A stretch of 56,220 nucleotides of DNA, filler included, from Stramenopiles sp. TOSAG23-3 (Eukaryota), in assembly GCA_900128585.1 (NCBI GenBank). It is 6 parts of 6 records of this genome, joined end to end, with 100 filler letters (N's around TTAATTAATTAA, not from the genome) between each part and the next. Parts side by side here need not be neighbours in the genome. Positions count along the whole stretch, not along the records: positions 33,729 to 50,356 come from LT642481.1; 5 more parts are not named here. One strand, 5' to 3'. Under the pieces are notes generated by a model that worked only from the letters and a program-made list of their open reading frames with translations, ran no database searches and had not been told where the DNA came from. Shown here in pieces: positions 34,264-47,000 of the stretch (position 1 is the first letter of the stretch; each line of letters opens with the position of its first letter). Both the position numbers and the translations under genes were made by a program.

Positions 34264-37206
34264 TTATCTTGATACGACGATGGATTGTCCGCCGATGTAA
34301 ATCCTTTCCTCGGTTTTTAATTTCGCCTCGTTGAAGTTTCCACGTATATATCCATCGAATTCTTTAGAATTTGTAGCTGGCATTTCCGCGTTTTGGGAAC
34401 AAATTGAAGCAGTAAAGGCATTTGTGACTGGCTTTTGCCACCACGGCTGCCTGTTCTTTATCACACCGCTAGATGGGCGGGATTTACCGTCCTCTATACC
34501 ACTACTATTTTTGTTAGACTTGTAAAGAGTCGAGGTGATCGGCAAAGTACCAATTGCACTGGCGGTGGATTTGCCTCCATCGACAGCACTAGTTCTATAC
34601 TTGGAATCAATGCGTCGGCTGGCGCCCTGCTGGTGATGTACCGACCGCTCTCTTCCTATGCCACCGGCGCTTTGAGAATGTTGCCGGATCACTGCTGCGG
34701 TTGTACCGCGCAAATATTCTTTCAAGTATTTCTCCTCTTGCTTTCGGGCCAACGCGGCGTAATGGGCTTCGTACGCTTTCGCATGTTCGTTCAATATGTA
34801 ATTTGCTTCTCCCGTGCAACAGTCGTGGTATAAACTTTTCATTCTTTGGTTCCCATGGGCAAGATCCAAGGGCGTTTGCCCAATGTTGTTCCGGCATTCC
34901 CATACGCCAAGGCCGCCAACGCGGGAAAGCAACTCTGCGATTTTGACATAGTTTTTCATAACAGCAAAATGCATCGAGGTCATCCCGTAAGCATTTTGTG
35001 ACCTGGCCATAGCTGGCTTTACGGAAACTATGTGCTCCACCCGGTCGAAGTCGCCATTTTTCGCAGCCGCAAATATGCTTACGAATGATGTCATGGCCCT
35101 GCACTTGCGAAAATGTACGATTCTTGGGTGGTTGTCCTCCGTTCGCTTCAAGGTGATACATGCCAAGTCGTACGGCGTCTTTCCACGACAGTCGCGCTTC
35201 TGAAGGGAGCACCCTGCATTAATGAGAAACTGGCAAGTTTTTACCTGCCCACCAACTGCAGCACAATGCAGCGCCGTCCTACCATCTAATTGTCTAGGCC
35301 ACAATACAGCCTCTTTTCGCCCACGCAGCTCACCCTTCAGCTTGACCAATAGACCTTGCTGTGCTAAAGAGCAAATATTATTCAAAAAAATCTCCTTTTT
35401 GGTCGCAGATGCGGTCAATTCGTGTATTCTTGGCATCTTTTCGTCCCTGAGCATAGTTGATGCTTTGTCGGAAAATATGCTGGCTTCTGCGCTAACGAAC
35501 GACACTGCGTCGGCAACGTTGTCGGGGTTCGAGGTAGGCTGACCCTTGTACGGGTAATAACTCCAGTTTGGGTTGTACTGTTTAGGAGTCACATGAATTT
35601 TAAACTCCCCTTTGCATAGCTTCTTGAGGGCGTTCGCCAATTTTTTGTCACCGCCAGGCTTCATCGTTACATACAAGCGGGCACCATCGGACGCGTTGTA
35701 GTCTACGGCGTCGACACTTTCGACGTGATGCCCCACCGTAAAGCCGGCATTACCAATATATTTATGCGGGATGACTACAGACGCGCGTATCATCCCTTGT
35801 CCTTTTCGTCGGAGAGCAAAATAATCTGCGTTGAAGAAGGCCGTTACTTTCTTTTTGTTTTCACCCGGGATAAATGCAGCACTTTCTTTTTCAGACAAAG
35901 TCGTTAACGTGTTTTCCTCGGCTACTGGCAAGGGTTTGTTGATCTTTCTACCGTGTAAATTGTACTCTTGATACTCCGCTGGCATCGTATTAGAGCTTGG
36001 GTGCAAGGGAACCTTGAATTTAAAATCGTCCGGGGCCTCGTTTAACCCAAGCACAATGTTGTTTTCTTTTCGCTCATCTGACCCATCGTCGGCCCCGGCG
36101 GACGGAAGCACCTTGGATGCAAGTTCTCGGCAGGACGAAAACCCTGCGCCCTTTGTAAGGTCCCCCCAATACGCTGCCGTCTTTAGTCTCGGACCTACGC
36201 TTGTCTGCGGCCTTTGTTTGGCCTTCTTCAGAGCCATCAGACGGGACGCGTTCACGCGTTTTGCTCGGGACGGGCTATCTTCCAAGACGGACCCAGCCGT
36301 CCATGGCCGGGTGTAGCCTCTCTTCCCAGGCTTCGCGCTTCCAGCCCCGGTCATGCTGTGGTTTAAAAATGGGCTGTCTACGTTTGCCGGCGCGGCGCTT
36401 AACGCGGAACCTCCCGCATCCAGTGGGTGGCGCAGGTGCGACCCTCTGGACAGGTTGGCAGTTTTCGGTCTTCGTTTTCTCTGCGGTTGGGGTGTGCTAC
36501 CGACTTTTGCTGAAAAAGGTCTTACCTTTTTGCGGGCCCCTGACTTGTACGGTGATTCCGATATCGATGGTTTATCATAAGCCAGTCGGTCCGTTTTCTT
36601 CTTTGCACTATAATCACGCAATAATTTACTCGAGCTGTTGCCTATCGATCGAGCAATGGCAGACGTCATGCCTTCCAGCATTCGATTTCTTTCTCGCATG
36701 TGCGACAGCGACGCGCTATTTGGACGTTGCCTTCCAAGTGTTTCAGGGTTTGCCCGGTGAAAGCCAGCGGTGCTCGGGCGATCTAATGCCTGCCAGTGTG
36801 TAGACGCTGTCGAAGAGCCGGGAGAATAAGGGAGAGGGGCCTCATCAACGCTCCGTCGAAAATTAGCAGCCGTGGATGGTCGTTTGCTTTTCGTTCCAGA
36901 ATTGCCGTGCCCGCCGGTCACTATTTTACCCGTGACTTTGTCCCTGGTGACAAGTTTTCTACTGCACACAGCGGCAGAGTTTGGACGCTTGGTGTTCTTT
37001 TTCTTTTGAATGCGAACGGAAGGTGACGACTGAGGCCGAATGCCATCTAACCTGAATTTCTTTTGGGCATTTTTATTTTTAAACCCTCGGGCAGCCTGCC
37101 TACGAAACTGGGCAAGGGACAGGCCAGACGTTGGCTGCGGAGCCACCATTAGGCGACCCGTGGTTCGACTCAACCCCCTGAGCACGTGCGTAGGATTCGG
37201 TTCCAT
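34264..37206 (-). CDS. Ankyrin-repeat protein with a long basic disordered N-terminus rich in RPx[ST]A motifs
   Basis: Ankyrin motifs DGRTALHCAAVGGQ, RGKTPYDLA, YGMTSMHFAV, GQTPLDLA. 980-aa intronless ORF. Confidence 0.8.
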   Translation of the reverse strand: MEPNPTHVLRGLSRTTGRLMVAPQPTSGLSLAQFRRQAARGFKNKNAQKKFRLDGIRPQSSPSVRIQKKKNTKRPNSAAVCSRKLVTRDKVTGKIVTGGHGNSGTKSKRPSTAANFRRSVDEAPLPYSPGSSTASTHWQALDRPSTAGFHRANPETLGRQRPNSASLSHMRERNRMLEGMTSAIARSIGNSSSKLLRDYSAKKKTDRLAYDKPSISESPYKSGARKKVRPFSAKVGSTPQPQRKRRPKTANLSRGSHLRHPLDAGGSALSAAPANVDSPFLNHSMTGAGSAKPGKRGYTRPWTAGSVLEDSPSRAKRVNASRLMALKKAKQRPQTSVGPRLKTAAYWGDLTKGAGFSSCRELASKVLPSAGADDGSDERKENNIVLGLNEAPDDFKFKVPLHPSSNTMPAEYQEYNLHGRKINKPLPVAEENTLTTLSEKESAAFIPGENKKKVTAFFNADYFALRRKGQGMIRASVVIPHKYIGNAGFTVGHHVESVDAVDYNASDGARLYVTMKPGGDKKLANALKKLCKGEFKIHVTPKQYNPNWSYYPYKGQPTSNPDNVADAVSFVSAEASIFSDKASTMLRDEKMPRIHELTASATKKEIFLNNICSLAQQGLLVKLKGELRGRKEAVLWPRQLDGRTALHCAAVGGQVKTCQFLINAGCSLQKRDCRGKTPYDLACITLKRTEDNHPRIVHFRKCRAMTSFVSIFAAAKNGDFDRVEHIVSVKPAMARSQNAYGMTSMHFAVMKNYVKIAELLSRVGGLGVWECRNNIGQTPLDLAHGNQRMKSLYHDCCTGEANYILNEHAKAYEAHYAALARKQEEKYLKEYLRGTTAAVIRQHSQSAGGIGRERSVHHQQGASRRIDSKYRTSAVDGGKSTASAIGTLPITSTLYKSNKNSSGIEDGKSRPSSGVIKNRQPWWQKPVTNAFTASICSQNAEMPATNSKEFDGYIRGNFNEAKLKTEERIYIGGQSIVVSR

Positions 37207-37739
37207 GCTATATACTTCCCATCAAACAGAGTTCATAATGACATCCTATATATATACATATACCACTTAGCTGGACAATCTGGTCGAATTGAAGTTTCTA
37301 AATCGTTGTAAAACATCGAAGTAATTTCCCCCTACCAACGAGGTCTGTCGTCTGACTGAGGAGGGGGGATTATTATTATTTTGTAGTAAGTAATGGTCGT
37401 CGAAGCAGGTGGTATTATTTTTTTATTATTTTATTATTATAACTATTAATAACAACAACAACAACAACAACAAAAAAGGATTATAATAATTATATATCAT
37501 ATAATACAAATAGTTCATAATCTTGTGTCTTATAATCCCCTATGTATATTTTAATCTCTGATTAATAAATAAAAGAAGTATTCTTCTTCTCTTCTTCTTC
37601 ATCATAGTCTAATAATATTTAATAAAAAATAATATAATAAAATAAAAAATCTCGATTCGTTACTAACTTTATAGGAAATGACATGTAGCAAAAATGTACT
37701 GAAACATTGCGTGCTGCGTGTTGGATGGGGTCTTTATGC

Positions 37740-39062
37740 TCAAGTGGACCTATGTTTGCTAACAAAAGGGATGAAGCTTTGGATTCCTGTAATTTGTCGT
37801 CCTAGAATTAACGCGTGCACGTCATGGGTGCCTTCGTAAGTGTTTACTGCTTCCAAGTTCATCACATGGCGAATGATATGGTACTCGTCCGAGATGCCGT
37901 TCCCGCCGAGCATGTCCCGTGCCTCTCGAGCGATTTGTAGCGCTTTCCCGCAGTTGTTCCGTTTAATAATAGATATCATTTCGGGTGCTACTTGCCCGGC
38001 TTCCATGAGCCGTCCTACCCGCAAGCACGCTTGGTAGCCAAGTGCAATTTCGCTCAACATGTTTGCAAGCTTCAGCTGTATCAACTGGTTCGCCGCCAGA
38101 GGCGCGCCGAATTGCTCGCGGTCCAACGTGTATTGCCTGGCCTGGTGCATACAGAACTCGGCAGCACCCAGCGCCCCCCAACCGATGCCGAAGCGGGCGT
38201 TGTTCAAACAACTGAATGGCCCACCAAGTCCATCGACGTGGGGAAGGACATTGCTGGCAGGAACGCGTACGTCTTCCATGAAAATACTACCTGTCTGGGA
38301 AGCTCTGAGTGAAAATTTTCCCTCGATTTTAGGTGCCGAGAGGCCTGGCATGTCTTTGTCCAAAATAAATCCTTTGATTCTGTTTCCGTCATTCACATCC
38401 TTTGCCCATACAACGAAAACGTCCGCAATCGGGGAGTTCGTAATCCAATTTTTGCTGCCGTTTAAAATATAGTCCCCACCGTCCGCCTCCTGGATGGCAC
38501 GAGACTCCATACCGCTCGGGTCAGACCCGTGGTTCGGTTCTGTCAGGCCGAAGCAGCCGATTTTTTCTCCAGTGGCCAGGCTAGGCAAGTATTTTTCTTT
38601 CTGCTCGTCGGTACCGAACGCATTGATTGGGTGCATGACCAACGACGATTGGACACTCATCGCCGATCTGTAGGAACTGTCCACCCGCTCGACCTCACGT
38701 GCTATCAGGCCGTAAGAAACGTAGCCGAGGCCAGGGCAACCGTACCCGTCGATAGTTGGGCCGAGCATACCTAAGCTTCCAAACTCTTTCATAATCTCCT
38801 TGTCGAACTGCTCGTGCCGGTTTGCGTCAATGATGCCTGGCATAAGGTTGTTCTGGCAAAAGTCGTGAGCCGTTTTCTTAACCATTAACTCCTCCTCGGT
38901 CAATTGACCGTCTAAATTCAAGGGATCTTCCCAGTCGAAGTTGGCGAATTGTTCTTTTTTACGTTCCCCACCAGCAGCCGACGCCAGCGTGCGTCGCATG
39001 CCAACCCCACCCCGGTTCGCAACATTGGAAGTGACCGAGCGGATAAGTTTAGACGAGATCAT
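37740..39062 (-). CDS. GCDH: Glutaryl-CoA dehydrogenase, mitochondrial
   Basis: [76 protein letters not shown]. Basic transit-peptide-like N-terminus. Confidence 0.97.
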   Translation of the reverse strand: MISSKLIRSVTSNVANRGGVGMRRTLASAAGGERKKEQFANFDWEDPLNLDGQLTEEELMVKKTAHDFCQNNLMPGIIDANRHEQFDKEIMKEFGSLGMLGPTIDGYGCPGLGYVSYGLIAREVERVDSSYRSAMSVQSSLVMHPINAFGTDEQKEKYLPSLATGEKIGCFGLTEPNHGSDPSGMESRAIQEADGGDYILNGSKNWITNSPIADVFVVWAKDVNDGNRIKGFILDKDMPGLSAPKIEGKFSLRASQTGSIFMEDVRVPASNVLPHVDGLGGPFSCLNNARFGIGWGALGAAEFCMHQARQYTLDREQFGAPLAANQLIQLKLANMLSEIALGYQACLRVGRLMEAGQVAPEMISIIKRNNCGKALQIAREARDMLGGNGISDEYHIIRHVMNLEAVNTYEGTHDVHALILGRQITGIQSFIPFVSKHRST

Positions 39063-39766
39063 TATTCAAGATTTAACAATGGGTTGATATGTATAAATGT
39101 ATTTTTTAGTCAACTCAAGTAGCTTCGTTCTCACGAACGCGGTTGGGTACGGGAAATTATAGAATACATTGCGCTGCTTTACTAACTCATCCTTTTCCAG
39201 TTACAGTTCATTCAACCGTTCTCTTGTTTTGGGACCGAAGAAAACAACTCCTCTTGCATTCTTTCATAGTATACTTGTATTGTTTAAACCTATACTAGAT
39301 TTTCATAGGCCTTTTATTTTTCTTATTTATTCTGTGATAATTTTAATATTTTAAGTACATCACCAAACCATGGAAATGAAATCCAACTTCAACTAATGTT
39401 ATTGACATGATAAGTTATAAACATTTATAGGAATGTAAAATCACTTTGCATTGCACTTATTACGTTTATAACGACTCTACTAATTATGGTTAGGAATAGG
39501 GTATTAGTTTTTCAAATTTTTTTCTTTTCTTATAGCAGCAGCAGTTTGTTGTTGGGGTGTGGTTAAAAAATTGCTGCTAGACGACGACGACTAGTCTTAG
39601 GGGTGGTAATAATTCATCGTCTTCTAGTGTAATGTGTAATTCAAACGAGAAAAGTTTCTTCTCTTTTACTGCTTTTAAGATCGAAGATCGATCAGGAAGG
39701 CAAAAGTGTGCATTTGTGGTTATGCTGTTTATCCAGGAGTGAAACACAGAATAGCACAACGACAAC

Positions 39767-41473
39767 ATGGACGATGAGACGACTTCTCCAGAATTAGACG
39801 TGGCGGAGCTCAGCTCGTCCTCGGTGCACAACCGTGTCTCCGCAAACGAAGCCGTGGCCACTGTGGAAGACACTGCCCCGGAGAAACAACTACGTATCAT
39901 GGAATTTTCGCGTGTTATTTCTCCGCCAATCTTAAACATCCCTGCGCCAGTCTCGTCTTATTCCACAGACGTACACGAGAGCATGAAACAGGAGGTTTAC
40001 AAGCTTCACAGAAAATTGCAACACGTTCACTCGGAGCTGCAAAACGCAAAGCGTGAGAATGAGCAGTTGTACCACGTGCTGAGCCAGCAAGAAATAGAAA
40101 AGAATAACATTAGAATCCTGTCCCCCGTCGTCGATCGAAAAAACAATTTGGTCCACCTAGTTGCTATGGGATCAAACAAGGCGGCGGAGAAGGGCCCGGA
40201 AACTGCGCGTCGAGAGGGCGAAAATGCGCTGGAGAACAACACAAGGTTGGAAGAAATGAAAGCCAAATACGTCCTTGTCGAGCATAAACTACTTAAAATG
40301 GACAAGGAGTTAGAAAAACGAAAAGAAGAAATAGTAGAACTGCATCTGTCTAGGGAGAGGTACCACAAACGGCAACAGCAGCTGCTTCATTCAAGCGAGG
40401 CGTTGGAGCGATCACGGCGACTGCTCGCTGAGGAGCACCGGCTCGCACATCAGCGTTTGCTAGATACCCAAAATGCCATGAAATTAACGAAGTTGGAGTC
40501 AACGCAGTTGCGAGAATATGCAAAGAAGTTAGAGGTTGTCTTGGAGGCGGCAACAAGAAAAGCAAAGGCTTTGCAACAAGAAGCGAAATACCAGCAGAAA
40601 TTAAAGGAAAAGCAAGATGAAAACCAGAAGACTTTATTGCAAGAATGGAACTATTTCGTTCTGAAGATGGAAAACAAAATTTGCTTGATGAAGCAGGACG
40701 AAAGTAAATTGAAAGAGACCAAAATTGACTTGGAGACTATTTTGCGAGACCAAGCCCTGGATCTGGCACAGAAGGAACGGCAGATAGAAAATCTCATTGC
40801 CAAAACGGAGGAGGCAGAGGAAGAGGCCGGCAGTAAACTGGCAGGCGTAGAAAATGTAAGTAAAGTTAGCAAGGAACATTGCTATCAATTGGAGAAAAAA
40901 GTTGCTGAATATATAAAGAAAGAGACCTCGTGGACATTTGACCTGAAGCGCCTTGAAAAAGAGTTAGAACAAAAGGAGAAAACCCGTTTTGAAATGGAAT
41001 CTACAATTCAAGGACTTAACGGGGACGTGAAAGCATTGAAGGCCGAGATTAATATGCTTGTTCAAGAGAAAAACTTTCCAAAGCGAAACCCGACATTCTG
41101 TATCAAATTGAAACTCCACTCCAGCATGGTGAACCGAATCCCTGACTACAAGCGAAAATTGCTCGGTAGAATGAGGGACCAATTTCAAGAAGCAAAGGTA
41201 GAAGTGCTGCGCATATGGCTGCCACAGGAATCTCTGTGCAATGAAGTTGTATTTGTACTTCGGGAGTTGGACTTAGACATGGACGATGTAACGTATAGCG
41301 TGGAGGAAAACGAGAGGGATCGAGATGAGGACGAGTACATTGACGCCGTCAAGACAAAATTATCGAACGTTTTAGAGACTATGACAGCCGACAACTTACA
41401 GTTCTGTGTACTCTTGCCAGCGACCAGTGCCCAATGGTGGGTTCCTACCACTGCTGGCAGCGAAAAACTATAA
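39767..41473 (+). CDS. Long coiled-coil protein of unknown function
   Basis: 568-aa ORF rich in E/K/Q/L heptads, with a small globular-looking C-terminal region. Confidence 0.75.
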   Translation: MDDETTSPELDVAELSSSSVHNRVSANEAVATVEDTAPEKQLRIMEFSRVISPPILNIPAPVSSYSTDVHESMKQEVYKLHRKLQHVHSELQNAKRENEQLYHVLSQQEIEKNNIRILSPVVDRKNNLVHLVAMGSNKAAEKGPETARREGENALENNTRLEEMKAKYVLVEHKLLKMDKELEKRKEEIVELHLSRERYHKRQQQLLHSSEALERSRRLLAEEHRLAHQRLLDTQNAMKLTKLESTQLREYAKKLEVVLEAATRKAKALQQEAKYQQKLKEKQDENQKTLLQEWNYFVLKMENKICLMKQDESKLKETKIDLETILRDQALDLAQKERQIENLIAKTEEAEEEAGSKLAGVENVSKVSKEHCYQLEKKVAEYIKKETSWTFDLKRLEKELEQKEKTRFEMESTIQGLNGDVKALKAEINMLVQEKNFPKRNPTFCIKLKLHSSMVNRIPDYKRKLLGRMRDQFQEAKVEVLRIWLPQESLCNEVVFVLRELDLDMDDVTYSVEENERDRDEDEYIDAVKTKLSNVLETMTADNLQFCVLLPATSAQWWVPTTAGSEKL

Positions 41474-42236
41474 CAAATATCATCATCGATGAGATATAAT
41501 AATAAGGTTTTTTGTATCCTTCAGCTCCTACTACTACTATATTTAAATTCTATTTATTATTTAATAATACTGTACAACTGTCGTCCTTCTTTTTCTTTAA
41601 ATTAAATAATAATTACGAAGTATTAATATTTTTTTATAAGTTCGTCCAAAGAAGAAGTTGAAGAAGAAGAAATAATTTTTTAAAATATATTATATTATTA
41701 TATTTTTATAATAGCTAATATTTAATACCACCATAGCACCAGCAAGAAAATAAAGAAAGTGACAACCCAAACCCAACACAACACAAGAAGAAGAAATGAA
41801 GAGATGCGTTATAATGTCCATTATACCGAACCGAACCCAGTTGGTGTGTTGATGCTGTTGTCTTGTCCGTTTTGTTGCAGTATTATAATATTATACCAGT
41901 TATTAGTTAATAAATAATAAGAAGAAGAAAGAAGAAGATGATGGTAAAAAAAAGTAAAAGCTAAATAATAATAATAATAATTATAATATTATTATTAGAA
42001 AGAATAATAAATAAATAATAAAAAATGATGATAATTATATTATATATATATACTCGTAGATAGTATATTATAAAATAAGACCACCATAAAACACAATGTC
42101 AACCGATAATAAACCTGTTTCGTCGCGTTAGTCAAGGGTAACGATTCCCAAATTCATTTGCCATCGTCGGTATAACGGACTATAGTGTTTTAGCAGAGAA
42201 TTTTTTCTTTCCATACTTGAATCTGGAACATTCAGA

Positions 42237-43166
42237 ATGGACCTGAAGGGGATAATAATGCGACGGCGGGGCCCTGCCCCGAAACAATATTTCGTGAGCG
42301 CACCGTCCCAACTCACAGAAACTACGGCAGAACTGCTGCCCCGGGTGTACAATTTTTCGCCTCTACGCTCGCGGATGAAGCAAGGCCCAACTCCCAAAGT
42401 GATTTATCCTGCACGACGGCAGACATATGTTGGTGCCGGCAAATTTTACAGCAAACAGACCGTAGATGATGGCGCTGCAGCAGTGCGGCACGAGCTACTG
42501 CTGGACGATGGAGACATGGAAACAATAGCTCTAAAATATGAGTTGGGCAGAAAATTTTCTTCTCAGTTTGAGTGGAAAACTGACAGAGTGGGCGGGGTGG
42601 CTAATTTTCCTTTCGAAACCCGGTTTGAAACAGGAAAGCGGTACAAGGAAAAGAAAAGTGCGGACCGGATATACGATACAGACACTGGGCCAAAACTTGG
42701 AATGGCAAAGAAAGCGAATAGAAGTTTGCAGGGCCTAAGTATCGCCAGGGATACATCGAAACGGTCAAAAAAACTTCTGCACTCAACCTCAGAACTAATA
42801 GGGCCAGGAAAGTACGATGGGTACATCGCATCCACAAAACTAGGGAATAATTGGGCGGTGCCTTCAAACTTTTTTGCCTCAAAACATAGAGCGAAGACGG
42901 GGAAAACTGACAAGTCCCTGTTGGCACTGCAGTATAGAAATAGAAAACGAGGGTTGCTCATCCCGGGAAAGAAAAAGCACAAACAGAAAAGCCCATGGGC
43001 CAAGCTGAACAAGGGGTGCAAAATTCCTAAGGCAGCGCGACAAACATTTTCAGATAGATTGGCGAAGCGTCTGAAGGCCGAGAATGATCTTCGAGAGGAT
43101 GCACTTTATCGGCTTAAAGCTGGCGGGGATGTTGGCCACGGTGAGTTCGTACGATCGTCAAATTAG
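42237..43166 (+). CDS. Basic hypothetical protein, possibly SHIPPO/ODF3-like (axonemal)
   Basis: 309 aa, K/R-rich; PG-Y-like motifs IGPGKY and VGAGKFY. Confidence 0.55.
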   Translation: MDLKGIIMRRRGPAPKQYFVSAPSQLTETTAELLPRVYNFSPLRSRMKQGPTPKVIYPARRQTYVGAGKFYSKQTVDDGAAAVRHELLLDDGDMETIALKYELGRKFSSQFEWKTDRVGGVANFPFETRFETGKRYKEKKSADRIYDTDTGPKLGMAKKANRSLQGLSIARDTSKRSKKLLHSTSELIGPGKYDGYIASTKLGNNWAVPSNFFASKHRAKTGKTDKSLLALQYRNRKRGLLIPGKKKHKQKSPWAKLNKGCKIPKAARQTFSDRLAKRLKAENDLREDALYRLKAGGDVGHGEFVRSSN

Positions 43167-43185
43167 GCCCCGGGTTGCACTTAAA

Positions 43186-43940
43186 TGAAACACAAGGAAA
43201 ATTGGCTGTTATTTAAGCAAATTAAAATTTATCTTCCTCACACATGTACCGCGAAAATGACTCTGCTCCTTTTGTCCATGAAAGGTTTACGTTCCTGCAT
43301 GTACTGCGAACTTATCTCTTGTGGCTTCACTAACCAAAATAAACTCTTGTCACTCAGTCTAGAGACTATCATTCTTTTGTGTACTCCATGCATAATCGGT
43401 ATGGCTGGGTATTTGGATTTGCGTCAGATGTAAAAATTATTGACATTAAAAACAAAAAATATTTTGGACTCTTAATTTAAAAACAAGAAAATTGGCTGTT
43501 ATGGACTCTTAATTTTAGATTGTTAATTTAAAAAAACAAGAAAAATTGGCTGTTATTTTAAGTAATTAAAATTAATGTATAAATACTGCGAACCTGTGAT
43601 TTTAGTATTATTATATTTAACCCCCTAAAAAAAGCTAAAAAAAAGCTATAAATATATATTAAAACAAAACATTATATTGGCTGCTGTTATTATTATTAAA
43701 AAAAAACAAATTATATTATTATAGTATGTTTTAAGACTCTCATTTTAAATCAATTATTATACTACTATTTGGCTGTTATTTCAGCTATTTCAGGTTCTAT
43801 AAATTATATATACAGTATGTTTTAAGTCAAAAAAGAAAAGAAAAAAGAAGGTAAAAACCATTCAAGAACCCAAACTCCTCCTTGTTCCAGAATAAAACTT
43901 CTGGTATTCATCATTCAAACTATCATAAAATTGTTTGAGT
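43186..43940 (-). mobile_element. Dispersed repeat copies directly downstream of a stop codon
   Basis: 43190-43410 matches 24925-25110 (same strand). Additional AAAACAAGAAAATTGGCTGTTAT termini near 43479 and 43533. About 43842-43938 matches about 28426-28523. Confidence 0.75.
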
Positions 43941-44082
43941 AATGATGAGTTTCTTTCGAGTCGTATACATAAACCTGGCGTAAATGTATTTTCTAAAGAT
44001 CCAAGTCTACTAGGAGGATTTCAGGTTCTATATATTAATTTGTTTTTTTTTGAGTTCTTAAAATGTGTGACTAATTATAAAT

Positions 44083-47000
44083 TTATTTTCGAAAGGCATC
44101 TAACAACTCCCCAAACGACTTTGCAACACGATCGTCCCAAACGGTTGCGACATTTTGTTTTAATATTGTGCGTTTTCTACTAGCCAGGGTCAACAGTTCC
44201 TGTTTGCGGATGGTGTACCCCGTCCGGCTTTGCTCCTTCACAAGAATTTTCATCTCCTCGAAAATTTTAATTAGCACCGGGCTTTCCGTTGTTTTAACCA
44301 TTTCGCGCTCTAGAAGTTCCCACGTAACCCTTGCCTTTTTGTATGATTCGCTAGCCAGCGCGTTGTCCGTAGCACGATGTGCCACGGCTGGCGCGGAGGT
44401 TGTGTGTTGAATGGTTCTAACGGGCGTAAGCTCTACCTGTTGGTGCGATATCTGGTTCAAATTTCTCAGCGAAATGATGCCGGCCTTCTCATTATCTTCC
44501 GCCGCCGCATTATCATCGTCATAAAACACCTTGTCGTAAGTTTTTGCAATCTCTGCCATTTCTGCTTTAAACCGGGAATTAATTGATTTGAGAGCCCGGA
44601 CTTTGAACGCCAAGAATGCTGAATACACTAGCACCGATAAAAGCGCTAGCATTCCCACGAGAAAGATTAAAAGTGACCCTGGATCAATTACACAAGTTAT
44701 ACTGGTGCTGGGTCTATGCCTCAAGAAACCGCACGGCACACAAACGCGTTCGAGTCCTTGGATTTTCACTTCCATGTTAGCCTCCTCTGCATAAACGCAC
44801 AGAGTACATTCCGTGCGACTTCCGTCCGGTGGCGATAGCTTCCCAACGGGGCAAGCCTTGCATTCGGTCCCACCAACGTCGTCCTGAAAATAATGCAGAG
44901 GACACGGCTCGCACTCTTCGCCAGCGGTATCGGCAGCGTAACGCCCACGATCACATGGTATGCATTTCATTACTGTAATACGTCGTAATGATGTAATAAT
45001 GTCGTTACGGATTTCTGTGTCAACTAACCGCTGTGCGGAAAATGTGCCCTTGGGACACTTTGTGCACACGTCTTCGGTTTGCCCGCCACCATCAAACATG
45101 GGGTCCTCGAAGGGTATCATTTCCGTCCCAACAGGACACAATTTGCTACACCCATTCTCAACGCTGTCGGCATTTTGATGCGGCAGCCTTTGCCCAATTC
45201 TACCAACGGGGCAAATTCCACTACACCCCATCTCAGGGCCGACGGCCCCCTCGTTCGTTCCAAACCGACCCATCGGACAATTTTGACATGGGAATGCACC
45301 AGTTCCATACATGGAGTATGTGCCTGCAGGGCATGGGTTTAAGCACACACATGGGACTCCGTCCGAGCCACAGTCTGTACCAGGCCCGTCGTTGTACGTG
45401 AATCCAAACTTTGGGTGAAAGAAACAGCCATTCGGAAATAAACGAGATACCCTTTCCCTGGAACAAACCTTAGTATTTTTCAGTACGCAGCGTGTGTAAA
45501 ATGAGCAAGCACTTTGACGTCGAGTGTATGTACCGAATTGAAACCTAGGAGCGCTACTATCTCTAAAAGAACACATTCTCGGAGCTGCGTCATAGTACTG
45601 AAGATCTCTGTATAGTCCTTCATTTTCAAATTCCCGCCGTGCCTCCTTGCATCCATCACGACTTGCTACCACAATTAGGTGATTGTGGGAAGTTGAGGTC
45701 GAAGTGTAATAATTATACGCCCTGGACGTCTGCATTTCATAACACGAGCGGTTTACAGGCCACGCAAGACTATTTTGCAACGTAGTGCACCAACGCTTGG
45801 ACAGAGGAAAATTGCAGCGGCTCGTCGTGTTCGCTAGGCGATACATCTTGGGCATAGCGGCTTTACAAATGCATTTGTTCGTCGCTTTACAAGGATAATT
45901 GCTATGATGCCAGGAATTATAGCCTGCGGTGGTGCACCCATAAGGATAATTTCTGTGTCGTATCTTATAGCCTGGGAGTTTAAAACCTAGCCTGGCACGA
46001 GCCGTGTCACACTCTTCTTCGCTAGGGGGGGTACAACCAACGTGTGTCATTGATAAATAATAGTGTGTATCTTCGCCATTCTTGAAGACTATGCAATCGG
46101 CCTTGTCCGTTGCTCCTTCAAAGCCTGTTCCGTGGTTTGGAGGGCATCGTTTGCACGAAGCCGAGCCTGTACCATTGGCATATTCAAACGGGTTACATTT
46201 CTGGCAGACGGTACTACCTTCACCGTCTGCGTATTTGCCTTTATCGCACTTTTGACACGCGCTGTCAATATCCGTGAAAAGCCCTGCCGGATTAGAGCCA
46301 TAGCGACCTGCGGGGCAATTGTGTTTTTCGCCGGTGCCAGGGCAGTAAGTCCCCGCCTGGCAGTTCTCGCAGAAAACCGCGCCGTCGCTGCTTGAATGCG
46401 TTCCGGGATCGCACATACGGCAGTCGCTCACATTCACATTCCCTCTCTCATAACCATATCTGCCTTTGGGACAAGGATATGATTGGCCCGCACCGGGACA
46501 GAAATGCCCCCTGCTGCACAAAGGACAGCCTGACGATAAAGTTGTGTGGCCTGCCGTCGTACCGCTCGTTCTGCCGGCAGGGCACAGTGTCCCTACCGAC
46601 CGGTTGGCCTCACAATAATAACCAACATAGCACGACGACGTTGTCATCGGACAATACGCATCGATTGAAGTTTGCTGATCCGGGGGCAGTGCAGCATCTT
46701 TGTTATCATACGCACTGTTCGTAGTTGCGAAACGCCCCGTGGGACAGGTGTTGCAGGCCGCACTCTCTGTGGTGCTGTAAGCGGTGACTTTGTTACTGCT
46801 GGAGCTGTACTTTCCAGGGGAACAAAAGTGCGGGCAGGCTTCGCCCATTACGGATTTCCCGGCTATGTCCCCCCACCTTCCTGATGGACATGGTATTACC
46901 TCCTCTGATGCCTGCCCTGGCGGCTGATCTACAAACGATACACTCCAAGTGTTACCGTAGCTTGTTTTGTAACTGTACCACATATCCTTGGTGACGGTAG

